A DNA stretch of 35,132 bases from an uncultured Rhodothermales bacterium (GCA_965365535.1 CBDUCD010000002.1:1-35132); one strand, 5' to 3'; positions 19,296-28,458 are shown, numbered from the stretch's first letter. The notes: a model not told the origin generated them from the letters alone. Numbers and translations: made by a program.

Positions 19296-19431
19296 AGCAA
19301 TGAATGCGTCGTTGCGTGTGGATCCGCAGCGAGTGGGGATTCGCGGCTTGGGTCACCAACTTTGATTTTGGCGTAGATTTTCCGCGCAACCGCCGCCTTC
19401 TACGTTTTTCAGCACGCTCCGATCATTGCCC

Positions 19432-20667
19432 ATGAACTGCCGGCTCCGCGTGCCTGCTTTCCACGGCCTTCTACTTCTCCTCACCCTCGTGCTCGCCGCG
19501 TGCGGCGGAGGCGGCGCGTCGCCTGCCGATCCCTTTGCCGGGAGCGCCTCGTGGAGCGACGTCGAGCGGCAGGCGCGCGGGCAGACCGTGGACCTGATGA
19601 TGTGGAACGGCGACCCGTTTATCAACCATTACATGCAGGATTTCGTGGCGCCCGCGCTGCGCGACTCCTTCGGCATCACCCTCCGCATCAGCGCCGGCCA
19701 GGGCGGCGAAATCGTGACGGCCCTCATGGGCGAAATCGAAGCCGGGCGCGCGGCGGGCGCCTACGACCTCGTCTGGATCAACGGCGAGACGTTCTACCAG
19801 CTCCGCCAGATTGACGCGCTCTACGGCCCCTTTGCCCACAAGCTGCCCGCCGCGCAGTTCGTGGACTACGACAACCCGTTTATCGGCCTCGACTTCCAGC
19901 AGCCCGTCGAGGGTTTCGAGGCGCCGTGGGGCAACGTCCAGCTGGCCCTCATCTACGACAGCGCCCGCGTCGCCCGCCCACCCCAGACGCGCGACGAACT
20001 CGCCGCGTGGGTCAGGGCCAACCCGGGCCGCTTTACCTTCGACGCCGCCTTTACCGGCATGACGTTTCTCAAAGCCCTGCTCGTGGACTTCGCCGGCGGC
20101 CCGGGCGCCCTCGACGGGCCGTTCGACGGGGAGCGGTACGCGCGCGCCAGCGCCCGGCTCTGGCAGTACCTCAACGGCATCAAGCCTTTTCTGTGGAAAG
20201 AGGGGGCGGCGTTTCCGCCCAACGTGGCCCAGCTCCACCAGCTTTTCGTGGGCGGCGAGGTGGATTTCACGATGAGCAACAACGACGCCGAGGTGGACAA
20301 CAAAGTCCTGCTCGGCCTTTTCCCGCCCACGGCCCGCGCGTATGTGCCCGCCTTCGGCTCCATCCAGAACAGCCATTACCTCGGCATTCCCCGCAACGGC
20401 GCCGACAAGGCGGGGGCGCTCGTGGCCATCAACTTTCTCGAATCGCCCGCCGCCCAGTACGAGAAGATGCGGCCCGAGGTGTGGGGCGACGGCACGGTGC
20501 TGAGCATGGACAAGCTGCCGCCCGCCTGGCGCGACCGCTTCGCGCACATCCCCTCGCGCCGCCTGGCGCCGCCGCGCGCCGACATCGCGGGCCGCGCCCT
20601 CCAGGAGCTGGCCCCCGAGTACATGATCCGCCTCTACGACGACTTCCGCGCGAACGTGGTCGAGTAG
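19432..20667 (+). CDS. ABC transporter substrate-binding lipoprotein, YnjB-like
   Basis: Lipobox VLAAC. Motifs ARGQTV, DLVWINGETF, EAPWGNVQ, NPGRFT, FTGMTFLK, GALVAINFLESPAAQ, WGDGTVL resemble YnjB-family binding proteins. Confidence 0.85.
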   Translation: MNCRLRVPAFHGLLLLLTLVLAACGGGGASPADPFAGSASWSDVERQARGQTVDLMMWNGDPFINHYMQDFVAPALRDSFGITLRISAGQGGEIVTALMGEIEAGRAAGAYDLVWINGETFYQLRQIDALYGPFAHKLPAAQFVDYDNPFIGLDFQQPVEGFEAPWGNVQLALIYDSARVARPPQTRDELAAWVRANPGRFTFDAAFTGMTFLKALLVDFAGGPGALDGPFDGERYARASARLWQYLNGIKPFLWKEGAAFPPNVAQLHQLFVGGEVDFTMSNNDAEVDNKVLLGLFPPTARAYVPAFGSIQNSHYLGIPRNGADKAGALVAINFLESPAAQYEKMRPEVWGDGTVLSMDKLPPAWRDRFAHIPSRRLAPPRADIAGRALQELAPEYMIRLYDDFRANVVE

Positions 20668-20674
20668 CCCGCCC

Positions 20675-22990
20675 TCAGCGCCCGCCCGCCTCCGACATTG
20701 CCACGGTCGAGCCGACGAGGTATTGCTCGACGTAGTCCGTCAGCAGGGTGAACAGGTGGAGGCGCGTGCGGCCCCCGGCGATGCCGTGGTTGCGGCCCGG
20801 GTACACCATCAGGTCGAACTGCTTGCCGGCGGCCTGGAGCGCGTCTATCATCTGGACGGCGTTCTGGTAGTGCACGTTGTCGTCGAAGTCGCCGTGGACG
20901 AGCAGCAGGTGCTGATTCTCGCCCAGGCGCGCGGCCAGGCGCGACGGGGCGCCGGCGTCGTAGCCCGCGGCGTTGCGCTGCGGCGTGCTCATGTAGCGCT
21001 CGGTGTAGATGGTGTCGTACTGCCGCCAGTCCGTGACGGGCGCGACGGCCATGCCCACGCGGAACGTCTGCGGGCCGCCGTCGCTCAGCAGCGACATCAG
21101 CGTCATGTAGCCGCCATAGCTCCACCCCCAGATGCCCACGCGGCTGCTATCTACCCAGGGCTCGCGGGCGAGGTGGCGGGCCGCCGCGATCTGGTCGGCG
21201 GCTTCGAGCTGGCCCAGCTTTTTGTACGTCGCCGTGCGGAAGGCCGCGCCGCGCCCGCCCGTGCCCCGGTTATCCACCGAGACGACGATGACGCCTTTTT
21301 CCTCGGCCAGATATTCGTGCCAGAGCTGGCGGCTGCCGCCCCACGCGTCGCGCACCGTCTGCGAGCCCGGCCCGCCATAGACGTACATCAACACGGGATA
21401 TTTGCGGGACGGGTCGAAATCCGACGGCTTGAAAATCATCGTTTCGAGGGGCAGGCCGTCGGCGCCGGCCACCCGGGTGAATTCGATGGACGGGCGCCGG
21501 TACCGGGCGAGGGTGGCGACGAGTTCGGCGTTGCTTTCGAGGGTTTTCAGGGGCGTGCCGTCCACGCGGTGCAGCGACACGACGGGCGGCTGCCGGGCGG
21601 TCGAGTACGTGTCGATGTAGTAGCGGCGGTCGCGCGAGAGGCTCACGTCGTGCCACCCCTTTTCGCGCGTGATCTGGACGGGCGGCTGCTTGCTGGCCTC
21701 GCGGGCGCCCAGCGACACCTGCTGCTTGTAGAGGTGCCGCTCGACGGGACTCGCGGCGGTCGAGACGAAGTAGATCAGGCCTTTTTCCTCGTCGGCGCCC
21801 AGGAAATTCGTCACGTCCCAGTCGCCGTCGGTAAGCTGGCGCACGAGCGTGCCGTCGTTCTGGTAGAGGTAGAGGTGGCGGTAGCCCGTGCGCTCGCTGA
21901 CCCAGATAAAGTGCTTGCCGTCGCGCAGGTACGTGAGCGCGCCCACGTCGAGGTCGGAAAAGCCCGTCTCCACGTCTATCCACGTGTCCGAGCGCTCGGT
22001 GAGAACCGTTTTGACGGCCATCGTCTGCGGGTCGCCATACAGCACGTCGAGCGCGTTCTGGTCGCGGTTGAGGCGGAACATCCACACCTGCGCGCCCGCA
22101 TCGCCGGGCGTCCAGCCCAGGAGGGGGATGTACTCGTGGGCGTCGCCGCCGGCCTGCCACGTGTCGGTCTCGAAAAAGCGGAGGGTGCCCGCCGCCACGT
22201 CCGCCACGCCCACGCGGATTTCCGAATTCGCCTCGCCGGCCTTCGGGTAGCGGAAGCGCGTGAACTCGGGGTACTGCCCGCGCAGGTCGGCGAGGGGGTA
22301 TTCGCGCGTGTTCGACTCGTCGAGCTGCACGAACGCGATGAATCGCCCGTCGGGGCTCCAGCTCCAGCCGTCGCGCAGGCCGAACTCCTCCTCGTACACC
22401 CAGTCGGTCGTCCCGTTGATAATGGTGCCCGGCGCGCCGTCGGTCGTGAGGGCGGTTTCCTGCATCGTGGCGAGATCTACGACAAACAGGTTGCGGTTGC
22501 GCACGAAAGCGGCCCGCTTGCCGTCGGGGCTCAGTTTGGCGAACATCTGGTAGCCCCGGTCGCGCGGGGCGAGGGGCGTCAGCCGCCCGCTGGCGGTGTC
22601 GTAGAGGTAGTAGTAGCCCTGCGTGTTGAGGCGCCACACGGGCGCCGAGTCGGTGTAGAGCAGGACGGTGCCGCCGTCGGCGCTGTAGGCGTAATCCTCG
22701 ATGGCGATGCGGCGGCCCACGTCGGCGGCGTCGAGCCGGCTGCCGTCGAGCAGGCGGGTGCGGGCGTCGGTTTCGAGGTTGTAGCTCATCAACCCTGTCG
22801 CGCCGCCGTCCTCGCGGGCCACGTACACGACGACGGGGCCGTCCTGCGCCCAGCGTCCGCCCTCGAAAGAGGTGCCGCTGAACAGGCGGGAGGCGTGGAT
22901 GGCTTCAAGCGTCAGGGGCTGCTGCTGCGCGTGGGCGTCGTGGAAGAGGAGCGCGGCGGCGAGCAGCAGCGCGAGGCGGGCGGTTTTCAT
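20675..22990 (-). CDS. Dipeptidyl peptidase IV, peptidase family S9B
   Basis: Signal peptide MKTARLALLLAAALLFHDAHA. DWVYEEEF double-Glu motif, catalytic GWSYGG, HGDFDDNVH and YPGRNHGI. Confidence 0.95.
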   Translation of the reverse strand: MKTARLALLLAAALLFHDAHAQQQPLTLEAIHASRLFSGTSFEGGRWAQDGPVVVYVAREDGGATGLMSYNLETDARTRLLDGSRLDAADVGRRIAIEDYAYSADGGTVLLYTDSAPVWRLNTQGYYYLYDTASGRLTPLAPRDRGYQMFAKLSPDGKRAAFVRNRNLFVVDLATMQETALTTDGAPGTIINGTTDWVYEEEFGLRDGWSWSPDGRFIAFVQLDESNTREYPLADLRGQYPEFTRFRYPKAGEANSEIRVGVADVAAGTLRFFETDTWQAGGDAHEYIPLLGWTPGDAGAQVWMFRLNRDQNALDVLYGDPQTMAVKTVLTERSDTWIDVETGFSDLDVGALTYLRDGKHFIWVSERTGYRHLYLYQNDGTLVRQLTDGDWDVTNFLGADEEKGLIYFVSTAASPVERHLYKQQVSLGAREASKQPPVQITREKGWHDVSLSRDRRYYIDTYSTARQPPVVSLHRVDGTPLKTLESNAELVATLARYRRPSIEFTRVAGADGLPLETMIFKPSDFDPSRKYPVLMYVYGGPGSQTVRDAWGGSRQLWHEYLAEEKGVIVVSVDNRGTGGRGAAFRTATYKKLGQLEAADQIAAARHLAREPWVDSSRVGIWGWSYGGYMTLMSLLSDGGPQTFRVGMAVAPVTDWRQYDTIYTERYMSTPQRNAAGYDAGAPSRLAARLGENQHLLLVHGDFDDNVHYQNAVQMIDALQAAGKQFDLMVYPGRNHGIAGGRTRLHLFTLLTDYVEQYLVGSTVAMSEAGGR

Positions 22991-23082
22991 GGACGGTAGC
23001 ATGGTGTTGCCGTGAAAATAGGGTGCTCCCGCGCGCAACGCCGACCCGAGGGTGCACCTTTCCGCCCCAATCCCTCGCCCCC

Positions 23083-24189
23083 GTGACGCCTCCCGCCCCA
23101 CCGCTGACGGTTACCGTTGCCCGCATTGATCTGGGCGCCATCCGCCACAACGCGCGCCTGCTGGCCCGCCAGGCCGGCGCGTCCCGGCTGATGGCCGTCG
23201 TCAAGGCGGATGCCTACGGCCACGGCGCCGCCCCCGTCAGCCAGATGCTCGAAAGGGACGGCGTCCGCGATTTCGCCGTGGCGACGGTTGCCGAGGGCGT
23301 GGCGCTGCGGCGCGCGGGCGTGGGCGGGCGCATTCTCGTGTTCGCGCCGCCGCAGCCCGCGTTTCTCGAAGCGTACGCCGCGCACAACCTGGAGGCGTCC
23401 ATCCCGTCGCTCGAAGGGGCGCGGATGGTGCGTGCCAGCGGGCTGCCCCTTGCCGTCCACCTCAAGGTGGATACGGGGATGCACCGGCTGGGCGTGGCGC
23501 CCGCCGAAGTCGCCGACGCCGTCGCGCTGCTGGACGCGCCGCCGCTCCGCCTTGCCGCCCTCTGGACGCACTACGCCACGGCGGACGAAACGGGCGACAC
23601 GTTTGCCGACCGGCAGCGCGAAAAGCTGCTGGCCGCCCGCGCCTGCGCGCCCCACGTGCCCGTCCACGCCGCCAACAGCGCCTCGGTGATTACCGGGCAC
23701 GGAACGGTCGAAGGCGCCGACGTGGTGCGCTGCGGCGTGGCGCTTTACGGCCTGCCCGCGCCCGAGGAAAGCCGCGTCGGCGGCGAAAGCCTGCGCCCGG
23801 CCATGCAGTTCGTCTCGCAGGTGGTGGCCGTGCGGCGCGTGGCGGCGGGGGAGGGCGTCTCGTACGGCCTCGCGTGGCGGGCGCCCGCGCCCACGTGGAT
23901 TGCGACGGTTGGCGCCGGCTACGCCGATGGCGTCCGGCGCGGGCTGTCGGAAAGGGGCGAGGTGGGCATCGGCGGCAGGCGCTACCCCATCGCGGGGCGC
24001 GTGTGCATGGACGCCTTCATGGTCGCCGCAGGGCCGGCGGACGAGCCGTGCCCCGTCGCCGTGGGCGACGAGGTGGTGCTGTGGGGGCCGGGCGGGCCGT
24101 CGGCAGCCCAGGTGGCCGGGTGGCTGGGCACCATCCCCTACGAGGTGGCGTGCGGCGTGGGCGCCCGCGTGCCGCGCCTTTACCCCTGA
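23083..24189 (+). CDS. alr: Alanine racemase
   Basis: PLP lysine motif AVVKADAYGHG, HLKVDTGMHRLG, GVSYG, GYADG, GRVCMD, GTIPYE. GTG 23083 chosen as start (uncertain). Confidence 0.96.
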   Translation: MTPPAPPLTVTVARIDLGAIRHNARLLARQAGASRLMAVVKADAYGHGAAPVSQMLERDGVRDFAVATVAEGVALRRAGVGGRILVFAPPQPAFLEAYAAHNLEASIPSLEGARMVRASGLPLAVHLKVDTGMHRLGVAPAEVADAVALLDAPPLRLAALWTHYATADETGDTFADRQREKLLAARACAPHVPVHAANSASVITGHGTVEGADVVRCGVALYGLPAPEESRVGGESLRPAMQFVSQVVAVRRVAAGEGVSYGLAWRAPAPTWIATVGAGYADGVRRGLSERGEVGIGGRRYPIAGRVCMDAFMVAAGPADEPCPVAVGDEVVLWGPGGPSAAQVAGWLGTIPYEVACGVGARVPRLYP

Positions 24190-24365
24190 ACGGACTGGCG
24201 GGCGGCGCGCTCGTCCACGCGGGCCAGCAGGTGGGACAGCGTGCAGCCTTCGCCGCGCCCCACGGGCGGGGCACCCGGCGCCCGCACGGGACGCGTGGGT
24301 GCGGGCGTGGCGAGGGCGCGGAGGGCGCCGGGCAGCAGGTCGCGGAGCGATACGGGCTGGGCCAT
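24180..24365 (-). CDS. Possible small hypothetical protein (61 aa)
   Basis: ATG-initiated ORF filling the gap after alr, with a 10-nt convergent overlap. Amphipathic N-terminus PVSLRDLLPGALRALA. No recognised family. Confidence 0.4.
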   Translation of the reverse strand: MAQPVSLRDLLPGALRALATPAPTRPVRAPGAPPVGRGEGCTLSHLLARVDERAARQSVQG

Positions 24366-24508
24366 CGGTAGAGCGGGGTTAGCCTGGCGCCCAAGCTCGC
24401 CCCGGCCCGTGACAGTCCTGTGTCGTGCCGCGCCGTGTGAAAGCGGCGTGGGATTGTAATGAACCCGTTGCGCAACCGTTAACTTCCCGCCCGCTTTGCC
24501 GCCCTTCT

Positions 24509-25027
24509 ATGCGCCAGGTCACGTTTCAACGGCTCGTCTGCGCCCTGCTCCTCGCCGGGGCGGTGGCGTCGTGGCTGCCGTTCGGGCGCGACATGCAGGC
24601 GCGGGCCGAGTGGGTGGACAGGCTGCTGCGCCTGTCGGACCGGGCGACGGACGAGGCGCTGCGGGCCGTGTACGTGCGCGCCCTCGAACGCGTCCCGCCG
24701 GACACGCGGGCGTACGTCGAGGCCATCGCCGGGCTGGCCGTGTCGCGCCCGGCGTGGTTTGGCGTCGAGGCGTTCACGCCCGAAGCCCTCGACCTCATCG
24801 AGCAGCACATGGGCGCCGTGCCACCCGCCCGCGCGGACGACCCCGCCTTTGTGCCCGCGCCCGCCTCGCCGCCGCCCGTGCGAATGACGGCCACGGGTGG
24901 GCTGCTGGCCGGGGAAAGGTTCAGGCTGCCGGCCCGCGCCGGCGTGCTGATGGCATCGGCGGCCCCCGCCCTTGCGCGCCCCCTCGCGCGCCTCGTGGGC
25001 CGGGCCCTCTCGCCCCGCGCGCCCTGA
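24509..25027 (+). CDS. Membrane/secretion-targeted uORF of secDF ending PRAP-stop; candidate arrest (monitoring) peptide
   Basis: ATG 24509; N-terminal hydrophobic segment LVCALLLAGAVASWLPF; helical middle; Pro/Ala linker; C-terminus LSPRAP-TGA, 108 nt before secD. GC3-biased codons. Confidence refers to the CDS; the function is inference. Confidence 0.75.
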   Translation: MRQVTFQRLVCALLLAGAVASWLPFGRDMQARAEWVDRLLRLSDRATDEALRAVYVRALERVPPDTRAYVEAIAGLAVSRPAWFGVEAFTPEALDLIEQHMGAVPPARADDPAFVPAPASPPPVRMTATGGLLAGERFRLPARAGVLMASAAPALARPLARLVGRALSPRAP

Positions 25028-25135
25028 CGGCCAGGCCCGCCCGCCGGGCCGGCCCCCCCTCTGCAACGTGACCGGTCGCCACGCCTCTCGCCGAGAGGGC
25101 GTGCGCGCTGCCCATCGCCCTTTTCCCTTATCTCC

Positions 25136-27016
25136 ATGCGAAACAACGCCATCCGCATTGGCCTGGTCGTCTTTTTCATCCTGCTGACCGGCTACTACCT
25201 CTATCCCTCCGTCCGCTACTACTTTCTCGACCGCAAGCTCGACGCGATGACGGACGAGCAGCGCACCGCCTACCTCGCCGAGGGCGAGAACTTCCAGAAG
25301 GTGCGCGGCCTCAAAGAAGAAGCCCTCAACCTCGGCCTCGACTTGCAGGGCGGCATGCACGTGACGATGGAAGTGGGCGTGCAGGCCCTCATCCGCGCCC
25401 TGGCGACGGAAAACGACGCCACGCTCGAAGCCGCCCTCGCCGACGCGCAGCGCGCCTCGGCCACGTCCGACGAGCCGTTCGTGGACCTGTTCGTAGCTGC
25501 GTTCGAAGCCCGCGACCCCGACGCCCGCCTGTCGCGCTACTTCCGCAACGACGCCTCGGGCCTGGGCCGCAGCGCCTCGAACGCGCAGGTCGCCGCCTAC
25601 CTCAACCAGGAGGCCAATGACGCCGTGGATCGCGCCGTCGAGATCGTGCGGCAGCGCGTGGACCGCTTTGGCGTCACGGAGCCGTCCATCGTCAAGCAGG
25701 GCACGCGCCGCATCGTGGTCGAGCTGCCCGGCATTGACGAGCCCGAGCGCGTGCGGCGCCTGCTGCGCGGCACGGCCCGCCTCGAGTTCCGCCTCATGGC
25801 CGACCCGCAGGCGCTCCAGCGCTCGCTCGGCGACATCATCGCGTACTACGACCGCAGCGGCGCCGCCCCCGGCGACACGGCGGCTGCCGCGCCGGCAGAC
25901 TCGGCCGCCGTCGCCCCCGGCGACACGACGCTCGACCTGACGAACCTGGCGACGCCGCCCGACGAAGAAGTCAAAAACCCCATCCTGCGCTACCTCAACG
26001 CCTATCCGCAGGCGTCCGTCGTGTTCGGGACGGTGGCCATCGCGGACACGGCGGCCCTCAACCGCGCCCTGTTCACCCCCGACGTGCAGGCCCTGCTGCC
26101 CGCTGGCGTCGAACTGATGTACGAGGCCCGGCCCGTGGCCGGCGGCGACGCCATCAACATCCTGGGCGTGCGCAAAAACGTCGAACTCACCGGCGACGTG
26201 ATTACCGAGGCCAGCGTGGACTTCGACGAGACCAACCGCGCCGAGGTCATCATGAACATGAACCCCGAGGGCGCGCGCACGTGGGCCCGCCTCACGGGCG
26301 CCAACATCAACAAGCAGATCGCCATCGTGCTCGACGGCGTCGTGTACTCGTACCCCAACGTGCTCGGGCGCATCTCGGGCGGGCGCTCGTCCATCACCGG
26401 CTTGGATTCGCGCGAGGAGGCGTCCGACGTCGTCACGATTCTCAAGTCGGGCTCGCTGCCGGCGCCCGTCAACATCATCGAAGAGCGGACGGTCGGGCCG
26501 AGCCTGGGCGCCGAGTCCATCCGGGCGGGCCTGCGCTCGCTCATCATCGGCCTCACCCTCGTCGTCATCTTCATGATCGTGTACTACCGCACGGCAGGCG
26601 TGCTGGCGGACATCGCGCTGCTGGTCAACGTCATCTTCATTCTGGGCATTCTGGCGGGCTTCAACGCCACGCTCACGCTGCCGGGCATGGCGGGCATCGT
26701 GCTCACGATTGGTATGGCCGTGGATGCCAACGTGCTCATCTTCGAGCGCGTCCGCGAGGAGATGGCGCACGGGCGCACGCTGCGCGCCGCCGTGGACGCG
26801 GGCTACAGCAAAGCGTTCAGCGCCATTCTCGACGCAAACGTGACGACGTTTTTCACGGGCCTCATTTTGTACTCGTTTGGCGTGGGTCCCATCAAGGGCT
26901 TTGCCGTGACGCTCATGGCGGGCATCCTCGCGTCGCTGTTCAGCGCCATCGTCATCACGCGCATCCTGTTCGACTGGCTCGTCGAGGATCGCAAAGCCCT
27001 CGTCTCGATTGGTTAG
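25136..27016 (+). CDS. secD: Protein translocase subunit SecD
   Basis: LNLGLDLQGGMHV, RVDRFGVTEP, RIVVELPG, VGPSLG, ATLTLPGMAGIVLTIGMAVDANVLIFERVREE. Confidence 0.98.
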   Translation: MRNNAIRIGLVVFFILLTGYYLYPSVRYYFLDRKLDAMTDEQRTAYLAEGENFQKVRGLKEEALNLGLDLQGGMHVTMEVGVQALIRALATENDATLEAALADAQRASATSDEPFVDLFVAAFEARDPDARLSRYFRNDASGLGRSASNAQVAAYLNQEANDAVDRAVEIVRQRVDRFGVTEPSIVKQGTRRIVVELPGIDEPERVRRLLRGTARLEFRLMADPQALQRSLGDIIAYYDRSGAAPGDTAAAAPADSAAVAPGDTTLDLTNLATPPDEEVKNPILRYLNAYPQASVVFGTVAIADTAALNRALFTPDVQALLPAGVELMYEARPVAGGDAINILGVRKNVELTGDVITEASVDFDETNRAEVIMNMNPEGARTWARLTGANINKQIAIVLDGVVYSYPNVLGRISGGRSSITGLDSREEASDVVTILKSGSLPAPVNIIEERTVGPSLGAESIRAGLRSLIIGLTLVVIFMIVYYRTAGVLADIALLVNVIFILGILAGFNATLTLPGMAGIVLTIGMAVDANVLIFERVREEMAHGRTLRAAVDAGYSKAFSAILDANVTTFFTGLILYSFGVGPIKGFAVTLMAGILASLFSAIVITRILFDWLVEDRKALVSIG

Positions 27017-27104
27017 CAGGGGGAGGGCGTGAGGATGATTCAAACCTCCAGCCCTGAACCTCTAATCCCTACCATTTTCTATTCAAGCATATAACTCCAA
27101 TCAT

Positions 27105-28028
27105 ATGCGCATGTTTGAAAACACGCACTACGCGTTTCTCGAAAACCGTAAGTATGCGTACATCATATCGGCCACCATCATCCTCATGGGGATGGGATTT
27201 CTGGCGTTTCGCGGCATCGAAACGGGTATTGACTTCATGGGCGGCATGGAGTTCGTCGTCGAGACGACGCAGCCCCTGGCCGTGCCCGACGCCCGCGCGG
27301 CGCTGTCGCGCGAGTTTGGCGTCGAACCCGAAGTAAAGCGCTACGACGAGGACATCCTCGTCCGCATGACGGGCGAGGGCGAGCAGGAGGCCACGGGCGA
27401 GCGCGTGGTGCAGGCCCTCACGGCGGCGTTTCCCGACGCCAGCCCGAAGGTGGTCAAAACCGACGCCATCAGCCCGCGCTTTGCCGACGATTTGCGCGAG
27501 GGCGCCATCTACGCCGTGCTCGGGTCGCTTCTCGTGATTCTGCTCTACATCTCGATCCGGTTCGAGTGGCGCTTTGGCGCGGGCGCCGTCGTGGCGCTTT
27601 TCCACGACGTGCTCATCACCCTCGGCCTGTTTGCGATGCTGCACCACATTTTGCCGTTTTCGCTCCAGATCGACCAGACCATCATCGCCGCGTTTCTGAC
27701 GATTGTGGGCTATTCCATCAACGACACGGTCGTCGTCTTCGACCGCATCCGCGAGGACCTGGCGGCGCGCAAGGGCGAGGCGTTCGAGGTCGTGGCCAAC
27801 GACGCCATCAACCAGACGCTTTCGCGCACGGTGATCACGTCGGGCACGACCTTGCTCGTGGTGCTGGTGCTGTTTATTTTGGGCGGCGACGTGCTCAAGG
27901 GTTTTTCGTTCGCCCTGCTCGTCGGCATCGGCGTGGGCACGTATTCGTCTATCTTCGTGGCCACGCCCGTCGTGCTCGAACTGCGCAAGCGGATGAAGCC
28001 GGCGCCCGCCCTCGCCCCCAAACGGTAA
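27105..28028 (+). CDS. secF: Protein translocase subunit SecF
   Basis: GIDFMGG, YISIRFEW, ALFHDV, LTIVGYSINDTVVVFDRIRE, GTYSSIFVA. Confidence 0.98.
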   Translation: MRMFENTHYAFLENRKYAYIISATIILMGMGFLAFRGIETGIDFMGGMEFVVETTQPLAVPDARAALSREFGVEPEVKRYDEDILVRMTGEGEQEATGERVVQALTAAFPDASPKVVKTDAISPRFADDLREGAIYAVLGSLLVILLYISIRFEWRFGAGAVVALFHDVLITLGLFAMLHHILPFSLQIDQTIIAAFLTIVGYSINDTVVVFDRIREDLAARKGEAFEVVANDAINQTLSRTVITSGTTLLVVLVLFILGGDVLKGFSFALLVGIGVGTYSSIFVATPVVLELRKRMKPAPALAPKR

Positions 28029-28047
28029 CCCCTAACCCCTCCCTGCC

Positions 28048-28401
28048 ATGAACTTCAACGTGGATGAGCGCTACGGCGCGGTCGTCATTACCCTTAAAGG
28101 CAACGTCATGGGGGGGCCCGACGGCGCCGACCTGCGCGACCAGTTGCAGGAGCTCAAGGACGCGGGCAAGAAAAACGTGGTGGTGGACCTCTCGCACGCC
28201 AAGTTCATGAACTCGAGCGGGCTCGGGATGCTCATCTCGGCCCTCACGACGATGCGCAACGCCGGCGGCGACCTGCGCCTCTCGCACGTGGCCGACCGCA
28301 TCCAGTCCCTGCTCGTCATCACGAAGCTCATCACCGTGTTCAAGCACTACGACACGACCGAGGAGGCCGTGCAGTCGTACGAAACCGACCCCGTGGCCTG
28401 A
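28048..28401 (+). CDS. STAS-domain anti-sigma factor antagonist (RsbV/SpoIIAA-like)
   Basis: VVVDLSHAKFMNSSGLGML phospho-Ser motif, GGDLRL; 117 aa. Confidence 0.92.
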   Translation: MNFNVDERYGAVVITLKGNVMGGPDGADLRDQLQELKDAGKKNVVVDLSHAKFMNSSGLGMLISALTTMRNAGGDLRLSHVADRIQSLLVITKLITVFKHYDTTEEAVQSYETDPVA

Positions 28402-28420
28402 CGGCGCCATTCCAGCGCGG

Positions 28421-28458
28421 AGGCGGCAGGTCGAAAACGGGCCTGCCGCCTTCTTTTT
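28421..28458 (+). terminator. Rho-independent terminator of the secD-secF-STAS unit
   Basis: Stem AGGCGGCAGG (28421-28430) / CCTGCCGCCT (28442-28451) followed by TCTTTTT. Confidence 0.85.

Larger units (their letters stand above)
5802..19400. other. Lower-GC accessory genomic island (no integrase or transposase seen)
   Basis: Hand-counted 60-nt lines give about 55-65% GC inside (down to 37%) against about 72-80% in flanking genes. The strong GC3 bias is lost right after the TonB stop and returns in the gene starting at 19432. Boundaries approximate. Confidence 0.7.

Noticed and set aside
20723-22999. 758-aa plus-strand ORF
   Set aside because: Antisense shadow of the dipeptidyl peptidase IV gene.
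24462-24480. Palindrome GTTGCGCAAC with AAC/GTT flanks upstream of the secDF leader
   Set aside because: Could be an operator, but a single 10-bp palindrome is not enough to assign.
24479-27043. 854-aa minus-strand ORF
   Set aside because: Antisense shadow of secD and its leader gene.
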